Assembly (NCBI RefSeq): GCF_009914755.1 | Contig: NC_060926.1 | Length of the DNA stretch: 64,000 bases | Reading direction: 5' to 3' (one strand) | Source: the human T2T-CHM13v2.0 reference genome, Homo sapiens | Made by a program: the position numbers and the translations under genes | The notes under the pieces: model-generated | What the model was told of the DNA's origin: nothing | The model's database searches: none | The model's input: only the letters and a program-made list of their open reading frames with translations | In this document: positions 56,800-64,000 of the stretch, piece by piece | How the letters are laid out: each line of letters opens with the position of its first letter | How positions within the stretch are numbered: the first letter of the stretch is position 1

Positions 56800-57154
<355 letters not shown>

Positions 57155-59124
57155 CTAAAGTGGCCCAACCTCCGGGCGACAGGCCCCAGAGGAAGCTGCT
57201 GTGGGGTCTGACTGCAGTGAGGCGTCAGCTGTAGGGTGAGCACCAGTGCATCCTCTGAGCCTCACCCCTCCTGTGAGCCCCACACGCCAGAGTCCCCTCC
57301 TTCTAGGGAGTCCAGCTTTGGTTCATACACTGTCGGCGAGGCTGGGATGTAAATAAAAATGTCAGACATTGGCTTCCACTTTAAGCGCCGTAGAAGAGCA
57401 TCTTTGTTACAAAAAGAATTTTGAAAGCAGAATTTTATAAAAGTTTTATATAAACTGATAATGATGATCTTGTTGAAGGTTTTGGTTGGAAAGTGTGCAT
57501 TTTCGCCTTCTGAATATTCTAAAACTGGGTCCCTGTGCACGTTGGAGTTGTCGAGCCAAAGGTGCTGGGGCATCTGCGGGCACCCTGCGAGGGGGTGGTT
57601 CCTGACTCGTCCATCCATCCCCACGTGTTTCTCCCAGGGCCCAGGCTGCTGGACAGGCCTTGGGCGGCAGAGGATCCGGTTCCCAGCCCTGCCTTTCTCC
57701 AGCCCTGGGACTTGAGCAAGTGGGCTGTGCTTTCTGGCCTCAGTATTCTCATCTCTAAAACCATGGGATTAAAATACCAGACAGAGAGGGTGCCTCGTTC
57801 CTCATGCATGCTGTTGAATGAAAGAATGCGGAATTATTATTCCAGGAAGTTATTACTGCCTGTGAATAACTGGCTCTAGCTAGTTTCCTGGGTTGGGCTG
57901 AATGCTCAAGCATGGTGAGCAATGAGCCGTTTTACAGGAAGGAAGAAGGATCACTGGGTCACATAGCAATTAAAGGTCTGCCAGGATCTGGGCTCAGGTG
58001 TCTCCGTCCATGTGCCCCTGCCACCTCCAGTAGGTAGGATTGAAATTGCCGATAGGGCAGGCTCTGGGGCTGTCCCCTCCCATACCCTCCCCTGCTCCCA
58101 TTTCCTGTGGGACAGCCTGCTAACTTTCTAGAGGTTTGCTCATCTAGCTAAGTTCTGGCCCATTTCTCTCTTGGGTAGGTTGTTTGACAGCATTCCCTTC
58201 CAAGCAGTCTTATGTCTGCATGTTAAACATTGAAACTCACTGGGGTTTCACTGGGGCCAGGTTGTTAATTTGCTTAACAAACAGTCGTGGCAAAAAAGAG
58301 AGGAGAACTTGGGAGGCCCTGTGTCCATGAAGTCACCCTTGTTTGCCATCCAGGACTGGGGAGCTGTGGACACTCTCAACCCCGCATTCCCAGTAAAAGT
58401 GTTTAAAGGCCTTGACGACCTGAGCAGGGGCTTCAGACAGCTTCCCTGTCCCCTCTTGGTCTGTTCCTGCCCAGGGAGAGGGGACTTAGCATGACGATAA
58501 TCACAAAGGGCTTTTCATTCTCTTCCTCTGGTAGCTGTCAGGGAGTGAGCAGCTGCAGATCCAGACAGGCCTCTGTGGGAGGGAGGGGACCTGGGAGGCA
58601 GTGCTGAAGCGTCCCTGTGGCTCCGATCTGCGCTTCCCCAGTGCTTAGCGATGCTGAACATCTTTTCATGTGCTTATTAGGCATCTGGGTATCCTCTGTG
58701 AAACGTCTCTTGGTGCTTTTTGCCCACGTTCCAATCGGATTATTTGTTATTTTTCTGTTGAGTTTTAGAAGTATATATATATATATGTATATATATATAT
58801 GAAGTTTGATAAATTATTTATAAATGTATAAATTTTAAAAACTTTCATACGTTTTGTAAATTATATATGAAGAACATTCTTTACATATTAGAGAAACAAG
58901 TCATTTATCAGCTATGTGGTTTGCAAATATTTTCTCCCAGCCTACTTGTCTTTCATCCTCTTAGCAGGGTTGCTCACAGAGTGAAAGTTTTAAATTTCAA
59001 TGTAGTACAATTAATTGATATTTATCTTTTATAGATCTTACCTTTAGTGTCACGTCCAAGGAATGTTCACCAAGCCTGAGGTGCTGAAGATGATCTTCTA
59101 TGTTTTCTTCTAGAAGTTTTATAG

Positions 59125-59433
<309 letters not shown>

Positions 59434-60033
59434 TGAAAGTTTTGAAGTTTTATGTTTTGCACTTAAATTCATTTTGAGTTCATTTTTGTACAAGCTGCGA
59501 GGTTTAGGTCAAGGTCTCTTTTTTTTTTTTTTTTTTTTGCCTGTGGGTATGTAATTACTCCAGCACCATTCCTTGAAAAGACCATCTTTCCTCTGTTGCT
59601 TTTGCACCTTTGTCCAGAATCTGTTGGCCATACGTGTGTGGGTCTATTTCTGATCTCTTGATTCTGTTCCACTATTTATGGGTCTGTCCCTCTGCCCATA
59701 CCACATGGTCTTGATTCCTGTAGCTATATAAGTCTTAAAATTGGGTAGAGTGATTCTTCCCATTTTATTCTTTTCAAAATTGTTTTAGTTATCCTAGTTT
59801 CTTTGCCTTTCCATATACATTTTGGAATAATTTTGTCTATGTCTTCAACATTTCTTGCCGGAATTTTGATAGTTGCGTTAAACTTATAGGTCCTTTTAGG
59901 GAGAATTTGTATCTTTACTAAATCGAATCTTTCAATCCATGAACACTGTATGTCTCTTCATTTATTTGGAGTTTGATTTCTTTCATCAGCATGTTGTAGT
60001 TTTTGGCTAGAAGCTAAGTATATGTTTTATTAG

Positions 60034-60437
<404 letters not shown>

Positions 60438-62026
60438 CTACAGTTGATTTTTTATGTTGATCCTGTATCCAGCAAACTTGCTAGAATCACTTACTAGTTC
60501 TAGGAGTTGTTTTGTAGATTCTTTAAGCTTCTCTACATCGACCATTATGCCATCTGCAAATAGTTTTATTTCTTCCCTTCTGATTTCCTTCCCCTTCCCT
60601 TCCCTTTCCTTTTCTTTTTTTCTTGCCTTGCTGCATTGGCTGGAACTTCCAATATAACATTGACTAGCAGTGGTGAGTGATCATCATTGCCTTGCTCCAA
60701 TCTTAGGGGAAAAGTATTGTCTTTCACCGTTAATTAGCTACAGGGTGTTTTGTTTGTTTGTTTGTTTGTTTTTTTTGTAGATGTCAAGTTGAGAAAGTTC
60801 TCTATTCAGTTTTTTTTTTCCTGAGAGTTTTAATCTTGAATGTATATTGAATTTTGAGAAGTGCTTTTTTCTGCATCAATCGATACAAAATCATGTGATT
60901 TTTCTTCATTAGTCTGTCAGTATGGTGCATTACATTGATTGATTTTCAAATATTGCACCAGCCTTGCATACCTGGAAGTAGCCCCACTTGCTCATGATGT
61001 ATAATTATTTTTATGTATTGCTGAATTTTATTAGCTAATATTATGTTCAGGATTTTTGCGTTTATGTTCATAAGGAATATTGGACTATATGTTTTTTTCT
61101 TTGTACTCTTTTAGTCTTATTTTGGTATCTGAGTAATACTAGTTTGATAGAATGAGTTGGGAAATGTTCCCTGCTTTTCTGTTTTCTGAAAAAGAGTGTG
61201 TAGAATTGGCATTAATTCTTCTTGAAGTGTTTGGTAGAATTCTCCAGTGAAGCCATCTGGGCTTGGAGATTTCTTTTTTTGGGAGTTTTAAAATTAAAAA
61301 TTCAATTTCTTTAAGTGTTACAGAGTTATTCAAATTATCCATTTCATATTGAGTGAGTTGTGTGACTGAGTTTTTATATCTATTTCCTACGGAGTGAATG
61401 TCTAGTGTTTGGGGAAGTGGTTCGTTCCATCTAAGCTGTGTATTTAGGAGTGGAATAGTTCATGGTATTCCTTTACTGTCCTGTTGACGTCTGCAGGTTC
61501 TAGCCCCTGCAGTGGTAGCCCCTGTTACATTCCTGATTTTGGTGATTTCCAGCTTTTCTCTCTCTCTTTTTTTTTTTTGTTGTCAGTCTTGGTAGAAGTT
61601 TGTCAATTTTATTGATTTTTTTCAAAGAACTGACTTCTGTTTCATTGATTTTCTCTATTGTTTTCTGTTTTCAATTTTATTGATTTCTTCTCTGCCTTTA
61701 GTATTTCCTTCCTTTTGCTTGCTGGGGTTTATTTTGCTCTTTTTTTTTCTATTTACTTAAGGTTAGAGCTTGGTTTATTGATCTGACTCTTTTCCTCTTT
61801 TCTAATGTAAGCACTTAGTGCTATAAGTTTCCAAGTGTACTGCCTCAGTTAGGACGAAATGTAGAAAACTTCCTCCCTTTATGCCCCTTTATCCTCCCCC
61901 ATTGAGAATGACATTGTCGTGAACGTTTCCTCTACATGCACTGATAACCACATCAGACGGTGATACAATTTTTGCTTAAGTCATCAGATGTAATTTAGGA
62001 AACTCAAGAGGAGTTTCTGTATTTAT

Positions 62027-62331
62027 ATTTTTTACTTTTTTGGTTAATTTTTTTGAGACTGAGTCTCGCTCTGTTGCCCAGACTGGGCTGCAGGAGGCTG
62101 CTCACTGCAGCCTCCACCTCCTGAGTTCCAGTGATTCTCCTGCCTCAGCTGCTGGGTAGCTGGGATTGCAGGTGTGCGCCACCATGCCTAGCTAATTTTT
62201 TTTTGTATTTTCAGTAGAGACGGAGTTTCACCATGTTGGTCAGGCTGGTCTCAAACTCCTGACCTCAAGTGATCCACCCGCCTTGGCTTCCCAAAGTGCT
62301 AGGATTAGAGGCGTGAGCTACTGTGCCCCGC
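62027..62331 (-). mobile_element. AluS with a small right-arm deletion
   Basis: Reverse Alu flanked by T-runs. Confidence 0.93.
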
Positions 62332-63327
62332 ATTTTTTTTTTTTTTTTTTTTTGTTTTTTTACTATTTCTGTTGTTCTTTCTTCCTGATTTCCAAGATTT
62401 CCTTCCTTAATCCTTTTTTTTCTGTTGTAAGAACTTTCCTTAGTCTGTCCTTTAGGGTAGGTCAGCTGACACAAATTCTCTTGACTGTCCTGAAAGCCTG
62501 TTTTTGCTGGGTATAGGATTCTGGGCAGCAGTTCTTTTCTTTCAGTACTGGAAACATGCTGGGCTACCTCTGTAGCTACTCCATCTCACCCATGTGTTCT
62601 GAGGAGAAATCTGCTTTCATTAGAGTTGGTTATTTCTTAAAGTAAGATGTCATCTCTCTCAATGCTTTCAAGATTTTTAATTTGTCTTTAGTTTTCACAA
62701 GTTTGATTATGATATACATGGCATAGCTTCTTTGGGTTTATCCTATTTGGGGTTTGCTTAGCTTATTGAATGTGTAGGTTTTTGTCTTTTGCCAAATTTA
62801 TGAAGACTTCAGCTATTATTTCCTTAATACTTTTTTAAGTCACCCCCTTTGTTCTCTCCCTCATGGACTCAGGTGACATAAATGTTACATGTTTTGTCAG
62901 AGTCCCCCAGGTCCTGGGGTGATCATTTTTCAGTCTATTTTCTCCCCATTGTTAAGATTTGACAATTTCTATTCTGTCTTCAAGTTCACTGAATCTTTCT
63001 CTGTCCTCTACATTCTACTTTTCCTTACCCATAGAGATTTTTATTTTTATTATTATGTTTTTCAGTTCTAAAATTTCCTTTTGGTTTTTTTTTTAGACAG
63101 TCTATTTTTTTGTTGAGATTTTCTATTTTTTTCATCTCAAATGTGTTCATAATTGCATTTTTATATCATCATTGTAGCATCGTAGCTTTTTCACTGTGGC
63201 TGCTTTAAAATCTTTGTCAGATCATTCCAACATCTGTGTCATGTCAGTGTAGGAATCTTTTGATTACTTGTCCTCATTCAAGTTGAAATTTTCTTGGTTC
63301 TTGGTAAAATGAATGATTTTCACTTGA

Positions 63328-63628
<301 letters not shown>

Positions 63629-64000
63629 GGCGTTTTGGGTTTTATAGATTCTGGATCTTATTTAAATCTGTCTTAGCTGTCTCCTTTGACCTGCACTTGC
63701 AGAGAAGGAGGATGCAGCCTTGTTGCTGTGAGGCAGGGCTGGACCCAGGTTCTCTGTCTGGCCTTTGTGGACACCTGAGTAGGGAAGGATGGCTTGTCAC
63801 TGCTGAAAGGGAGGGAAATGGGTGCCTCTTTACTGCTTCCCAAAGTAGGGGTGGCCTCCTCACTGCTGGGGGTGGTACTAGGCCTCCTCTGACACCACTC
63901 CAGCATGGAAGGGAGGGGTGCCTCATTATTGCCAGGGTGGGGGTAGAAATCCAGGATTCCTACACGGACTCCAGTGACACCATGAGTGGGGATGAGGGGC

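Overview
Primate (human-like) nuclear genomic DNA from a GC-rich, repeat-dense region. It holds about 20 Alu elements, fragments of old L1s, MaLR/ERVL solo LTRs (MST, MLT1, THE1, LTR16-like), MIRs, and hAT and Tigger DNA-transposon fossils. There is one CpG island (~7.3-9.1 kb) and a ~0.9 kb (GGT/GAT)n composite repeat. I cannot support any protein-coding gene: the listed ORFs are explained by simple repeats, Alu/L1 sequence or chance stop-free frames in GC-rich DNA. Two small-RNA retrocopies are recognisable: a 5'-truncated Y1 RNA copy, and a tRNA-Cys(GCA) 5' fragment that lies inside the same target-site duplication (TSD) as an Alu, i.e. an apparent Alu-tRNA chimeric insertion and the most unusual thing here. 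Other points of interest are a triple E-box cluster in the CpG island, an AT-rich PBX-HOX/MEIS/FOX motif island (candidate enhancer), a fold-back Alu pair, two local duplications, and candidate non-coding exons. I found no evidence for a new multi-gene system. Repeat subfamily names come from recalled consensus sequences, and the boundaries of old elements are approximate.
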